64,000 nucleotides of DNA from a bacterium (GTDB lineage Bacteria > UBA10199 > 2-02-FULL-50-16 > JAJFLM01): NCBI GenBank assembly GCA_965216315.1, contig CBDCFN010000016.1, positions 96,001-160,000 of the forward strand, read 5' to 3'. How positions within the stretch are numbered: position 1 is the stretch's first letter; each line of letters starts with the position of its first letter. Below the pieces are notes generated by a model, which was not told the origin of the DNA, ran no database searches, and saw only the letters and a list, made by a program, of their open reading frames with translations. Below, piece by piece: positions 21,996 to 31,719 of this stretch. A program made the position numbers and the translations under genes.

Positions 21996-24312
21996 GTTTG
22001 TTGAACCACATTCCATCCGCCCTCAAGTACAGCCTTCTGCTCGCCATGAATTAGTCATTACGGCACCGGTTGAGTTCCGGCGCGCGGGTCTGCGCGTGGC
22101 GGCGGAGTTTATGGATTCCGGGCGCCCGACGGTTCTTAATATATATGGCCATTATCCTGAACTGCGCAGTGGTGATGTCGTGGCGCTGCGCGGGCGTCTC
22201 TTGCCGGTGGCGGGCTATCGCAATCCCGGCGCCCCGGATCCGATCCGCCAGGCCCAGCGACAGGGGATCGATCGCGTTGTTCGGGTGACGCGTTTCGAGG
22301 ATATTCATATTACGGGACAGGCGGCGGGGTGGTGGTTGCTGCGTCCGTTGGAAACATTGCGGTATCGGATTCGGGATTTTCTTATCGATAAAATCCCCCT
22401 CGGTCCCCCTTTGGCAAAGGGGGATGTAACGGTTTCCACTAGTGTTCCCCCCTTTATGAAAGGGGGGGTAGGGGGGATTTCGTTATTACGCGCCTTATTA
22501 ATTGGCGACCGCTCCGGCCTGGACGAAGCGACGACCGCCGCCTTCCGTGACGCCGGACTCGCCCATTTGCTGGCGATCTCGGGACAGCATATTGGCATGT
22601 TGGCCCTGCTGAGCTACGGCCTGCTTCGTCTCCTGTTGTGCGGCGTGCCGCGACTGGCGTTATGGGTTCCACTGCAACAAGTGGCGTGGGGCTTGGCCTG
22701 GTTTCCGACGGCTCTCTATGTAGGCATTGCCGGCGCGCCCCTCTCCGCGCGCCGCGCGTTGATTCTCTTTTCGGTCTTTGTCTTGGCTTTTCTCTTGAAG
22801 CGCCGCCGCGAACTCTGGTCGGCCCTGGCGTTGGCGGCCCTCATTATCCTCGCGTGGGATCCGAGCAGCCTGTTTACGATTTCGTTTCAACTCTCATTCA
22901 TGGCCGTTGCGGCCCTTTTAGCCTGCTCCGGCCCCCAAGGCGCGGGCTTTAAGAACTGGTTGGTGCGACTCGTAACGGCTTCAGCCATCGTGACTCTGAT
23001 TACGGCGCCGGTGGTGAGTTACTATTTTCAGAGTGTTCCCATCGCCGGCTTGATCGCCAACCTCATTGCCATTCCTCTGGTCGGATTTGTTGTCTTGCCC
23101 CTGGCAAGTTTAAGCGTTTTAGGCGGTTCTTTTGTCTTCCCGTGCGCCGACTGGGCGGCGGAGCGGCTCATTAATATCGCTGAATTTTTTGCCGCCTGGG
23201 ACTTAAGTCTTCCCTTGGCCTTGCGGCCGGCCCAAGTTTGGATTTGTTATGGGGCGATTTTAATTGGCGTCGTTCTGTGGCGTTGTTGGATTTTTTCCCC
23301 TCCTTACAAAGGAGGGGACTCAGGGGAGGTCAAGAAGGACCCCACCCTAACCCTCCCCTTTGTAAGGGGAGGGAAGATTGCAGGAGCTGCACTGATCTTT
23401 GGAACTGTCGTTTTGTTAGGGGTAATCCACTTTGATACCCATAGCCGTGACCGACTCCAACTCACGATGCTCGATGTCGGCCAAGGGGATGCGATCCATC
23501 TGCGTTTCCCCAATGGAACCCATTTCTTAGTCGATGGCGGCGGCTTTTATATCCCGCGCGACAAGCGAAAATTTCCCGTCAGTGACGTGGGTACCCGCGT
23601 CGTGTTGCCGTATCTGCAGCGACAAGGTGTGAAAGAACTTGCGGGCATGATTCTGTCGCATCCCCACCCCGACCATTATGAAGGTCTCATCGCGGTCGCG
23701 CGTCACTTGCGGGTGCATGATTTTTACTGGAGTGGGGATCGTTTTCCGGATTCCAGCTTCAACGAACTATTGGATTTGTTACGTGCACAAGGGACCCGCT
23801 TTCATCGCGTTGCTGCCGGGGCGTCGCCGCTGCGACAGGGCGAAGTCGATATTCAATGGCTCAATCCGCGCGCACGTGGCCGTGAAAATTTAAATAATCG
23901 CTCTCTGGTGATGCGACTCGACTATCGGAATATCTGCTTTATCCTGACCGGAGATATCGAAGCGGCTACGGAGCGACGCCTCGCGCGCCAAAGGGATGTC
24001 GACTGCGATATTCTCAAAGTCCCCCATCATGGCAGTCGGACCTCGAGTCTGCCGGAGTTCTTAGCTGCGGTTTCTCCAGATTGGGCCCTGGTCAGCGCCG
24101 GGGCGCGTAACCCCTTTCGACACCCTCACTCACAAGTCATGGCACGTTACGAGCAGCAGGGGATTCAAGTCCTGCGGACGGATCAACACGGGGCTATAAT
24201 CGTAACGACAGATGGTGGAAAGATAGATATTACTGCGGTGGCGTCGTCGGAAAATCGTTTGGCAGACCAACATCGGCTTCAGTCGCGAAGTCGAGGAAGG
24301 GTTCGCTCGTAA
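21922..24312 (+). CDS. comEC: DNA internalization competence protein ComEC/Rec2
   Basis: GLAHLLAISGQH, SFQLSF, DVGQGD, SHPHPDH, TGD, KVPHHGS. Confidence 0.93.
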   Translation: MKNCANHLPLVWLAVSLILGILSSEFVEPHSIRPQVQPSARHELVITAPVEFRRAGLRVAAEFMDSGRPTVLNIYGHYPELRSGDVVALRGRLLPVAGYRNPGAPDPIRQAQRQGIDRVVRVTRFEDIHITGQAAGWWLLRPLETLRYRIRDFLIDKIPLGPPLAKGDVTVSTSVPPFMKGGVGGISLLRALLIGDRSGLDEATTAAFRDAGLAHLLAISGQHIGMLALLSYGLLRLLLCGVPRLALWVPLQQVAWGLAWFPTALYVGIAGAPLSARRALILFSVFVLAFLLKRRRELWSALALAALIILAWDPSSLFTISFQLSFMAVAALLACSGPQGAGFKNWLVRLVTASAIVTLITAPVVSYYFQSVPIAGLIANLIAIPLVGFVVLPLASLSVLGGSFVFPCADWAAERLINIAEFFAAWDLSLPLALRPAQVWICYGAILIGVVLWRCWIFSPPYKGGDSGEVKKDPTLTLPFVRGGKIAGAALIFGTVVLLGVIHFDTHSRDRLQLTMLDVGQGDAIHLRFPNGTHFLVDGGGFYIPRDKRKFPVSDVGTRVVLPYLQRQGVKELAGMILSHPHPDHYEGLIAVARHLRVHDFYWSGDRFPDSSFNELLDLLRAQGTRFHRVAAGASPLRQGEVDIQWLNPRARGRENLNNRSLVMRLDYRNICFILTGDIEAATERRLARQRDVDCDILKVPHHGSRTSSLPEFLAAVSPDWALVSAGARNPFRHPHSQVMARYEQQGIQVLRTDQHGAIIVTTDGGKIDITAVASSENRLADQHRLQSRSRGRVRS
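22391..22480. repeat. Double-hairpin palindromic element inserted in frame in comEC
   Basis: AAATCCCCC..GGGGGATTT ends with two CCCCCTTT..AAAGGGGG hairpins; 90 bp. Confidence 0.75.
23295..23375. repeat. Second double-hairpin element in frame in comEC
   Basis: CCCCTCCTT..AAGGAGGGG and CCCTCCCCTT..AAGGGGAGGG; same family as 36234-36315. Confidence 0.75.
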
Positions 24313-25381
24313 CATCGATACTGAGATCTTCGCAGGTACCGATCCCCGCCAAGGCCCCAGTACTTGCTTGGGCGCAGACCGCGGGACTGATGTCCTGAGT
24401 CGGCGAATCGTCGGCCAGGAGGAAGAAGCCGTTGATAAGCAGGTGGAGTCCCACCAAATCGATGCCCTCAATGAACTTGGCGTTGTACTGTTGGGTATCG
24501 GGACATTCGATGCAAAAGGCGGCCGTTTCGTCGAGGATAGAGGCGATTCTAATGGTCTTCTTGTTCTGTGTTCCCTCCACCTCTTCACCAACGAAGGTGT
24601 GGTTGAAAATGGATGGGGGATCTCCCGGAGCAGCGTCATTGTCTCTTATCCCCATAAAGGTCGTGGTCGAGCGATTATCGGGGTCCACGTGATCATAGAT
24701 GGTGTGAAATTCAAAACTGTCATCACCGAATTCGGCGAGTGCAGTGTTGAAGAATTCACCTGCGCCAATGCTGTCATCATCGGGCATGTGCGTGAAGACT
24801 CCCGCCATGAAACGCTTGTCGTTTAGCCAGACACGGAAACAGATATTCTTAATTTCGTCGGCCGGGGCCTCTGCGGGACAGGTCTCGGTGCCGGTCACCG
24901 GGCAGGTCGAACCACTACAATCCTCGTTGACGCCGTCGCCGTCGAGGTCGAAGGTGCTGAAATCAATCTTGACGTCGATATCGAGAGGGGTGCCCGAGCC
25001 AGAGAGTGTTATGGTTTCTTGGAAGCTCGTTTGCTGCGGGTCGACGGGGATTTCGGTTTGGCTGACGGGGAGCAAGGTGAGCATCAAGAGCTCATTGTTT
25101 TCCTTTATAAAGCTTGGTCCTGCGCTGGCGGCTCTTTTGACGTCGGTGGCTGTCGCCTGCGCCAGGAGCGTGCTGCCGGAATTGGTCTGGCCCACACTGG
25201 ACACATCGATTCCCACATCGGCCGGGAAACGGAGAAACTGGGGAATCTCTAGGGGTGGGGCCGGAGCGGCGGGGAGGGTCCCACCGCCGTTACCCGGGCC
25301 GGGGCCTGCACCGGAACATCCCGTAAAAAAAGCGAAAATAACAACTGTTGCAACCGCGTACAACCAGCGCGTGACCCACAT
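24230..25381 (-). CDS. Putative lipoprotein (Cys-containing, acidic)
   Basis: FFTGC lipobox, Pro/Gly linker. Confidence 0.7.
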   Translation of the reverse strand: MWVTRWLYAVATVVIFAFFTGCSGAGPGPGNGGGTLPAAPAPPLEIPQFLRFPADVGIDVSSVGQTNSGSTLLAQATATDVKRAASAGPSFIKENNELLMLTLLPVSQTEIPVDPQQTSFQETITLSGSGTPLDIDVKIDFSTFDLDGDGVNEDCSGSTCPVTGTETCPAEAPADEIKNICFRVWLNDKRFMAGVFTHMPDDDSIGAGEFFNTALAEFGDDSFEFHTIYDHVDPDNRSTTTFMGIRDNDAAPGDPPSIFNHTFVGEEVEGTQNKKTIRIASILDETAAFCIECPDTQQYNAKFIEGIDLVGLHLLINGFFLLADDSPTQDISPAVCAQASTGALAGIGTCEDLSIDVTSEPFLDFATEADVGLPNDFPTTPPQ

Positions 25382-25417
25382 GGGACAGATTTTACTCCGA
25401 TGCTGGCTGAAAGACTA

Positions 25418-25768
25418 CTAACTTGCGCGTCCCAGATTTTCCCAAGAGAGCATGCGCCAGAAGAGGGTCTTTTTGAGGAGAGTGGCGCCGACCTTGTAGA
25501 CGATATCGCCATCGCCGAGGGAGACGTAAGCGATAACGAGAACCATTTCGTGCTGCAGCTCTTGGATTGCGTTGACTTCGACATCATCGACTTTGTGTTG
25601 GCCGAAGTCGCTATCTTTGTATTTTTTGCCGTAGTCTTTGAAATAACTCTTGATGACGCCCTGAGCGGTCTTGGGTTTGGGCATGCGCTGCGAGCAGGCG
25701 GCGGTGCTAGCGACAGCAAAGCCGAGGATGACGACGACCAATATTTTTTTAATGCGATTAATATACAT
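25418..25768 (-). CDS. Small putative lipoprotein
   Basis: Hydrophobic leader ending TAAC; immediately downstream of the tRNA. Confidence 0.65.
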   Translation of the reverse strand: MYINRIKKILVVVILGFAVASTAACSQRMPKPKTAQGVIKSYFKDYGKKYKDSDFGQHKVDDVEVNAIQELQHEMVLVIAYVSLGDGDIVYKVGATLLKKTLFWRMLSWENLGRAS

Positions 25769-25778
25769 ATCCTATGTG

Positions 25779-25850
25779 TGGGCGCGACAGGGATTGAACC
25801 TGTGACCCCTGCCGTGTGAAGGCAGTGCTCTCCCACTGAGCTACGCGCCC
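25779..25850 (-). tRNA. tRNA-Val (anticodon CAC), CCA not encoded
   Basis: GGGCGCGTAGCTCAGTGGGAGAGCACTGCCTTCACACGGCAGGGGTCACAGGTTCAATCCCTGTCGCGCCCA forms a cloverleaf. Confidence 0.95.
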
Positions 25851-26022
25851 TAATAATGGGGGTCCACTGTGGTTCGCTTTCAGCGAATCCTCGCATGACC
25901 CCCAAACCCCCTGTTCCTTCGGTCGGCAAAGCCGCCTCGGAACCATTGCTCGTAAATCGGAGGAGGGTCCAGGCAGACAAGTATTACGAGGCCGTAGGGT
26001 ATTCCGTCAAGGGGAGCTTTTG

Positions 26023-28938
26023 CTAGAAGGAGGTCCCGAAATCGAGGATCAGGATGCCGTTGCGGACGCTATGACCGAGGATGGGGTCGGTGACCGCCGA
26101 GACGCGATTGCGGTTGGTGACAATGAATCCGTAACCGAGGCGGCCCATGATCGGCAGATGGTAGCCGAGGACGAAATTGGCTCGTAATTCGGCGCCAACG
26201 CCCAATAAAAAATCGTCGAAGAAGTTTCGAGGTCCCGGCGTCTGGCCCTTATTCCAGGCGTTGCCGTAGTCGGCAAAAAGCGCCAAAGAGACCTGGTTCA
26301 AAAAGAACGGATAGGTGCCCAAACCGCGTTGGACCGAGAAGAGGGGCATGCGGTACTCAGCCGAAAAGACCAGCGCGCGATCGCGTAAAAAAGTCGTCAG
26401 CGGGAGGCCCCGCAGCGTGAAGGTTCGGTTGGAGGTCGTGGCAATCGGGCTTTCACCTAAAGAACCACCGACGGCAAAGGTTCCCTGTGTCAGCGTGTCA
26501 CCCAATGCGACGCCAAACATTTGGCGGAAGGCGAGCACGTGATTTTTGTTCCAAGGCATCTCAACGTATTGACGCGTGTCCGTTGCAAAGATCGTTTGTT
26601 CCATATTGTTGCTGGCACCGAAGATACTATTCGTAATGTCGACGGTGGCCCGGACGTAGTAGGACTCGCGAGGGCTGATGGCCGCGCGATATTTTTTGCG
26701 CTGATTCCAAATGTATCCGAAACGCATGCCGGCGAAGCGACCCAGTACCGGTTGAAAGGCGGCGCCGGCGGGAATCGTAGTTTCGGCGCTGCGATCCTCG
26801 AAGAAATACTGCGCGGAAAGAACATGCCCGCCTTTGAGCGCGCCACGGACGCCTGCATAACCGCGGCGTCTCTCTTCAAAGAAGTCCTGTCCGTTGCCGA
26901 ATATATCCCCGAAGTTGACCGCAAAATCCGCAAAGCCGACGAAGAACTTGGGGGCGTAGCGGCCGTATTGGTAGCCCACACCAAAGCCGGCGAAGTCGGC
27001 ATCCGTTCGGTACGATACACTCCCGAACCAGGAATGACGGGCCAGTGGGTCCTGCGAGCCGATGATGGCGTTCAAAAAGATCGCCTCATCTAAGAAGGCC
27101 GCATTGGGTCGGATGTAGTGGGGCAAGAGTGCCGGGCTCAACGGGGTGTAGGGTCTGTCATCATAATCTTCGCTCATGGGCGCGGACGCGCTGGTTGCCG
27201 GAATGAGCGGCTCGGTATTTTTAGTTTTGGTTGCAAAGATGGAATTCAACGGGTGCGCTATCGGTTGTGCAGTGGCATCCCTCAATTCATAACCATCGCC
27301 GGTGTAGTATTGAAAAGTCAGTTGTTGTGAGTTGGGTTGAGGGGCCGCGGAAAACGCACCGGTGAGAGTTTCCGTGACCATTGCCGTCCGACGTGTCGCC
27401 CATTCATAGCGGTAGATGTTGTAGAAGCCACTGCGATCCGAACTGAAATAGATATAACGGCCATCCGGGCTCCAACGCGGGTAGAGGTCGGAGTGGCCGC
27501 TGGAAATAGTCCGCAATTCCTGGCCCAGGTCATTGTAGACGACGATGTCGCGATTGCCGTTGCGCGCGACCGATGCAGCAATGCCGCGCGGTGACCAATC
27601 GAGATGATCGATGCGTCGATTGGCCGGCATGGGTTTTTTGATTGAGAGTTTTTTGGTTTTGATCGTGTAGATACCAATGCGATCGCCGTCTTTCTGGTGA
27701 ATGCTGACGGCGATGCGTGTCCCGTCCGGTGAATAGGCGGCATCTCGGGCCCGACGTCCCTTGGTTAGTGCAGCGGCTTTCTGAGTCTCCATGTCATAGC
27801 GATAAAGATCCGTGTAAAAATAACCGCGCTTGTTAATGCCCCGGCTTGTATAGGCGATATAGCGACCGTCAGGACTCCATGACATCTGAGCGGGTCCGTG
27901 TTTTTCGAAGAGGACATAATCCTCGTTGCCGGACTTGATACGGACTTCCGTCGCTCGGTCCGGTGCCGCGGAAACATAAGCGAGTTCGGTTCCCTCACGG
28001 TTCCAGGCCGGAGCACTGTAAAAACCTTTTTTGGAAGTGACGAGCGGGCGGCCCTGTTGTCGCTGGCTGTTGCGGTAGGCCGCTATTTCTTTGGCGTAGC
28101 GCTGGCGTAAATGACCTTTCCAGTCACGCCATAATTGGTACCAGTACTTACCAAAGACACGTTTGGCCTTGTTGTTGAGTGAAAAGAACCACAATGATGC
28201 GCCGTACTTGTGACTGAATTGCGCAATTTTATCGCGGCCGTAGGTCTCCGCCAGATAGTTCCAAAAGGCGACGCCGTAGATGTAGCCGGCTCGCCAGGCC
28301 GGCCAGTCATGCATCGACCCGGCGGCTTTATCGATCGGAAGAAATTTGTCACGGATGATGTCCGTACGGACGATCATTTCCGCGTAACTCGAACGTCCCC
28401 GGCCATAACCCGTAATCGCGGTTTCATAGTATGTCGCCATCCCTTCCGTGATCCAGGTCGGGGAGAGTGCATTCGTCGCGACGATTTTGCCGAGCAGAAA
28501 CTTGAGTATCTTGGCAGGGTAACCCGCATCCGACAAATTGAGCACGTGCGTGTATTCGTGCGCAATGAGCAGCCGGAGCCAGTCGCCATAATAGTCCAAG
28601 GGGCTACCGGCCGTTGGCGGCACCATTCTTAAGATCATCAGGTTGTAGGGAATGACGGTAGCAAAACCGTTGGCTTGGTCATGTTGATCCGTCAGGACGA
28701 CTTCGACTTTACCTTTTGGATAAACATTAAATTCGCGTCCGAGCGCTTGGTGCATTTCTTCCAGGATATGGGCTGAACGATGGGCGACGTCGCGATAGCC
28801 ACTTTGATAATGGAGACGGAAGTGCTCGGTATGGATGGTTCGGTATTTGCTGCTCCCCGGGACGAGGCCAGCGCTTGAGACTTGAGCCAGACTCAGGACA
28901 AAAGCGAGGGCAAGGCTGAAAATGATGACCTGGCGCAC
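26023..28938 (-). CDS. Outer-membrane protein: gluzincin-like N-domain, TolB/PD40 propeller and BamA/TamA barrel
   Basis: Signal peptide; AHEYTH..WITEG; WSPDG repeats; LRG motif; C-terminal Phe. Confidence 0.85.
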   Translation of the reverse strand: MRQVIIFSLALAFVLSLAQVSSAGLVPGSSKYRTIHTEHFRLHYQSGYRDVAHRSAHILEEMHQALGREFNVYPKGKVEVVLTDQHDQANGFATVIPYNLMILRMVPPTAGSPLDYYGDWLRLLIAHEYTHVLNLSDAGYPAKILKFLLGKIVATNALSPTWITEGMATYYETAITGYGRGRSSYAEMIVRTDIIRDKFLPIDKAAGSMHDWPAWRAGYIYGVAFWNYLAETYGRDKIAQFSHKYGASLWFFSLNNKAKRVFGKYWYQLWRDWKGHLRQRYAKEIAAYRNSQRQQGRPLVTSKKGFYSAPAWNREGTELAYVSAAPDRATEVRIKSGNEDYVLFEKHGPAQMSWSPDGRYIAYTSRGINKRGYFYTDLYRYDMETQKAAALTKGRRARDAAYSPDGTRIAVSIHQKDGDRIGIYTIKTKKLSIKKPMPANRRIDHLDWSPRGIAASVARNGNRDIVVYNDLGQELRTISSGHSDLYPRWSPDGRYIYFSSDRSGFYNIYRYEWATRRTAMVTETLTGAFSAAPQPNSQQLTFQYYTGDGYELRDATAQPIAHPLNSIFATKTKNTEPLIPATSASAPMSEDYDDRPYTPLSPALLPHYIRPNAAFLDEAIFLNAIIGSQDPLARHSWFGSVSYRTDADFAGFGVGYQYGRYAPKFFVGFADFAVNFGDIFGNGQDFFEERRRGYAGVRGALKGGHVLSAQYFFEDRSAETTIPAGAAFQPVLGRFAGMRFGYIWNQRKKYRAAISPRESYYVRATVDITNSIFGASNNMEQTIFATDTRQYVEMPWNKNHVLAFRQMFGVALGDTLTQGTFAVGGSLGESPIATTSNRTFTLRGLPLTTFLRDRALVFSAEYRMPLFSVQRGLGTYPFFLNQVSLALFADYGNAWNKGQTPGPRNFFDDFLLGVGAELRANFVLGYHLPIMGRLGYGFIVTNRNRVSAVTDPILGHSVRNGILILDFGTSF

Positions 28939-29052
28939 GAAAGGGGAGCATATCCTGTTTTACCCAATCATTTCAATTAATTTCATCAGGATGGGCCCCA
29001 TCTTTCTCCTCTTGACAGTCGGCAGAGCTCTCCGTACAGTTGCCGGTACATT

Positions 29053-29173
29053 TTCTTATCAAGAGTGGCTGAGGGACTGGCCCGGTGACGCCACAGCAAC
29101 CACCCCATCCGGGGCAGGTGCTAATTCCAGCCCTGTGAGATGCAAAATTCATCTCATGGGGGGCAGATAAGAA
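29053..29173 (+). ncRNA. SAM-I (S-box) riboswitch
   Basis: TTCTTATCAAGAG..GAGGGACTGGCCC..GCAACC..GGTGCTAATTCC..GATAAGAA consensus. Confidence 0.92.
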
Positions 29174-29190
29174 GAGCAACTTTTAAGGGA

Positions 29191-29225
29191 CCTCTTCTTA
29201 ACATTATTTAAGAAGGGGTTTTTTT
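29191..29225 (+). terminator. Riboswitch expression-platform terminator
   Basis: CCTCTTCTTAA..TTAAGAAGGGG followed by a T run. Confidence 0.85.
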
Positions 29226-29237
29226 ATAGGAACTGGA

Positions 29238-30140
29238 ATGGCGGAATCACTACTCGACGCAACCGGCAATACGCCACTGCTGCATATCGATCTCGAAGTC
29301 CCGGAGGGGACGGTCAATCTTTATGCGAAGTTGGAGCGCTTTAATCCGAGCGTTTCGATCAAGGACAGGAACGTGCGCGCGATGATCGACGCGGCGGAAC
29401 AAAGTGGGGAGCTTCAAGCGGGTGGAACCGTTCTTGAGCCCGTTGCCGGCAATACGGGAATTGCCTTGGCGCACATCTGTAACGTTCGCGGCTATCAACT
29501 TATTCTTACTATGCCCGAGGATTACATGCCGGAGCGGCGCCATATTTTAAAACGCCTGGGAATTAAGATTGAAACGACGCCGGCCGATCAGGGGATCGCG
29601 GGTGCGGTTGAGCGGGCGCAGGTTATCAAGACCGAGCATCCCGACTATTATGTGCCCGACCATTTTACCAATGAGGTGCAGGTTGAGGCGCATCGAGCCG
29701 GGTTGGTCCGTGAGATCTTGGACGATCTCAACGGGGTGTCGATCGATGCGTTTATTGGGAGTATTGGCACGGGGAGCAGTCTAGTGGCCATTGCGGAGGC
29801 GCTTAAGCCCGCCGGGACACAAATCATCGCGGTCGAGCCGGCGGCGGCGAAGCATGCGATCCAGGGAATCGGATTCGGATTCCAACCGCCCTATCTCAAG
29901 GAGGGAACGATCGATCATGTCGAAAAAGTGAGCGATCAAGATGCCGTGCAAGGCTTTCGAGAAATGGCTGCTGAGACCGGTGTGTTAGGGGGGTTGTCCT
30001 GTGGAGCGAATTACATTGTCGCCAAAAGAATGGCCCGGACCCTCGGGCCGGATAAAAATATTTTGACGGTTTTTTATGATGGCGGGGAACGCTACTTTAG
30101 TTTGGAGAAAGAACTAAAGAATGAAGGAGTAAAATCATGA
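29238..30140 (+). CDS. Cysteine synthase family PLP enzyme (divergent CysK-like)
   Basis: KLERFNPSVSIKDR, AGNTG, IQGIG, DGGERY. Confidence 0.85.
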   Translation: MAESLLDATGNTPLLHIDLEVPEGTVNLYAKLERFNPSVSIKDRNVRAMIDAAEQSGELQAGGTVLEPVAGNTGIALAHICNVRGYQLILTMPEDYMPERRHILKRLGIKIETTPADQGIAGAVERAQVIKTEHPDYYVPDHFTNEVQVEAHRAGLVREILDDLNGVSIDAFIGSIGTGSSLVAIAEALKPAGTQIIAVEPAAAKHAIQGIGFGFQPPYLKEGTIDHVEKVSDQDAVQGFREMAAETGVLGGLSCGANYIVAKRMARTLGPDKNILTVFYDGGERYFSLEKELKNEGVKS

Positions 30141-31363
30141 GTTCTGTACGGTGGCTAAAATGTCGGGAGTGCGGGGAAAAATACGAAATTGCACCCAATC
30201 ATGTCTGCGAGATGTGTTTTGGTCCGCTCGAAGTCGGCTATGACTACGAAAAAATAAAGAAAAAACTGACGCGTGAGGTGATCGAATCCCGTCCTTATAC
30301 GATGTGGCGTTATCGTGAACTGTTGCCGATTGACAAAGAGCCGACGGTTGGGACGCAGGTCGGTTATACGCCTTTGATTGATGCCAAGCGCTTGGCGGGG
30401 GCTCTGGGGGTTAAAAAAGTCTGGGTCAAGAACGATGGCCTCAATCATCCTACCTTATCCTTTAAGGACCGGGTTGTTTCGGTGGCCTTGTCGAAAGCCA
30501 AAGAGTTCGGGTTTGATACGGCGTCGTGCGCATCGACCGGCAATCTTGCCAATTCCGTGGCTGCAAATGCCGCGAGTGCGGGGATGAAAAGCTATGTGTT
30601 TATCCCGCATGACCTGGAGCAGGGGAAGATCTTGGGCGCGTTGATTTACGGAGCGCGTGTGGTCGGCATCAAAGGGAATTACGACGAAGTCAACCGCCTC
30701 TGCAGTGAGATCGCGAACAAATATAAATGGGCCTTTGTGAATATCAATATTCGACCTTATTACGCGGAGGGGTCCAAGACGCTCGGTTACGAAGTTGTCG
30801 AGCAGCTTAACTGGAAGACGCCCGATCATTTTGTCGTGCCTATGGCGAGTGGGTCTTTGTTGACCAAGATTCACAAGTCGCTCAAGGAGATGGAGCAGTT
30901 AGGGCTCATCAAGAAAAGTAAAGCCAAGGTCCACGGCGCTCAAGCGACCGGGTGTAGCCCGATTGCCAAAGCTTTTAAAGATGGGATGGACTTCTTTCAA
31001 CCGGTGATTCCCGATACGATCTGCAAATCGCTTGCAATTGGTAATCCGGCGGACGGGTATTATGCCTTGCAGACGATTCGTGAAACCAAGGCGGTCGCCG
31101 AAGATGTCAGTGACAAAGAATTGGTCGCGGCGATGCGGCTGCTTGCCGAGACTGAAGGCATCTTTGCCGAGACGGCTGGCGGTGTGACGGTCGGCGTGAC
31201 GAAAAAATTGATTAAACAGGGAGTCATTAAAAAAGACGATACGGTAGTTATCTACAATACGGGAAATGGGTTGAAGACCCAGGAGGCGGTCCAGCCGGTC
31301 TTGCCGAAGCCGGATATTATCAAGCCGCATATTGATGAAGTCGATCGAATCTTAAAAAAGTAG
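30137..31363 (+). CDS. thrC: Threonine synthase-like PLP enzyme
   Basis: N-terminal CxxC..CxxC; PTLSFKDR, ASTGN, TGNGLK. Confidence 0.85.
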   Translation: MSSVRWLKCRECGEKYEIAPNHVCEMCFGPLEVGYDYEKIKKKLTREVIESRPYTMWRYRELLPIDKEPTVGTQVGYTPLIDAKRLAGALGVKKVWVKNDGLNHPTLSFKDRVVSVALSKAKEFGFDTASCASTGNLANSVAANAASAGMKSYVFIPHDLEQGKILGALIYGARVVGIKGNYDEVNRLCSEIANKYKWAFVNINIRPYYAEGSKTLGYEVVEQLNWKTPDHFVVPMASGSLLTKIHKSLKEMEQLGLIKKSKAKVHGAQATGCSPIAKAFKDGMDFFQPVIPDTICKSLAIGNPADGYYALQTIRETKAVAEDVSDKELVAAMRLLAETEGIFAETAGGVTVGVTKKLIKQGVIKKDDTVVIYNTGNGLKTQEAVQPVLPKPDIIKPHIDEVDRILKK

Positions 31364-31383
31364 GGGCGCCGCTTGCCGCGCCC
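31360..31383 (+). repeat. GTAG-type REP-like palindrome (second copy 33295-33318)
   Basis: GTAGGGGCGCCGCTTGCCGCGCCC vs GTAGGGGCGCTGCTTGCTGCGCCC. Confidence 0.6.
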
Positions 31384-31398
31384 GTACATGGAGGAAAT

Positions 31399-31719
31399 AT
31401 GGCAACCAAGAAGACGGTAAAAAAGAAAACCGCACGCAAGACGACAAAGCGACCGGTGACTAAGAAGGGCAAAAAGGTGAAGCGCAAAGTCTATCTGACT
31501 TTTCCACGTGCCAAGACCAAAGAAGCGATTATTTGCGACATGTATGATCGATATAAGGTGCGCTTTAATATTCGATCGGCTTCCGTTGATGATCAAATGG
31601 GTCTCATCGCCTTGGAGATGGAGGCGCCGGATTATGATACTTTAGTGACGGCGTTCAAGTATTTTGAGCGACGCGGCGTCAAGGTAGAGCCGATTGAGAT
31701 CAACGTAATCGAGCCCTGA
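31399..31719 (+). CDS. NIL-domain protein with basic N-terminal tail
   Basis: LTFP..FNIRSASV..G.IALE..GVKVEPIE. Confidence 0.75.
   Translation: MATKKTVKKKTARKTTKRPVTKKGKKVKRKVYLTFPRAKTKEAIICDMYDRYKVRFNIRSASVDDQMGLIALEMEAPDYDTLVTAFKYFERRGVKVEPIEINVIEP

Noticed and set aside
25779..25850. tRNA as island attachment site
   Set aside because: No duplicate of the tRNA 3' end seen in the window
25249..25980. 243-aa ORF spanning the tRNA
   Set aside because: Overlaps tRNA-Val and a better lipoprotein ORF
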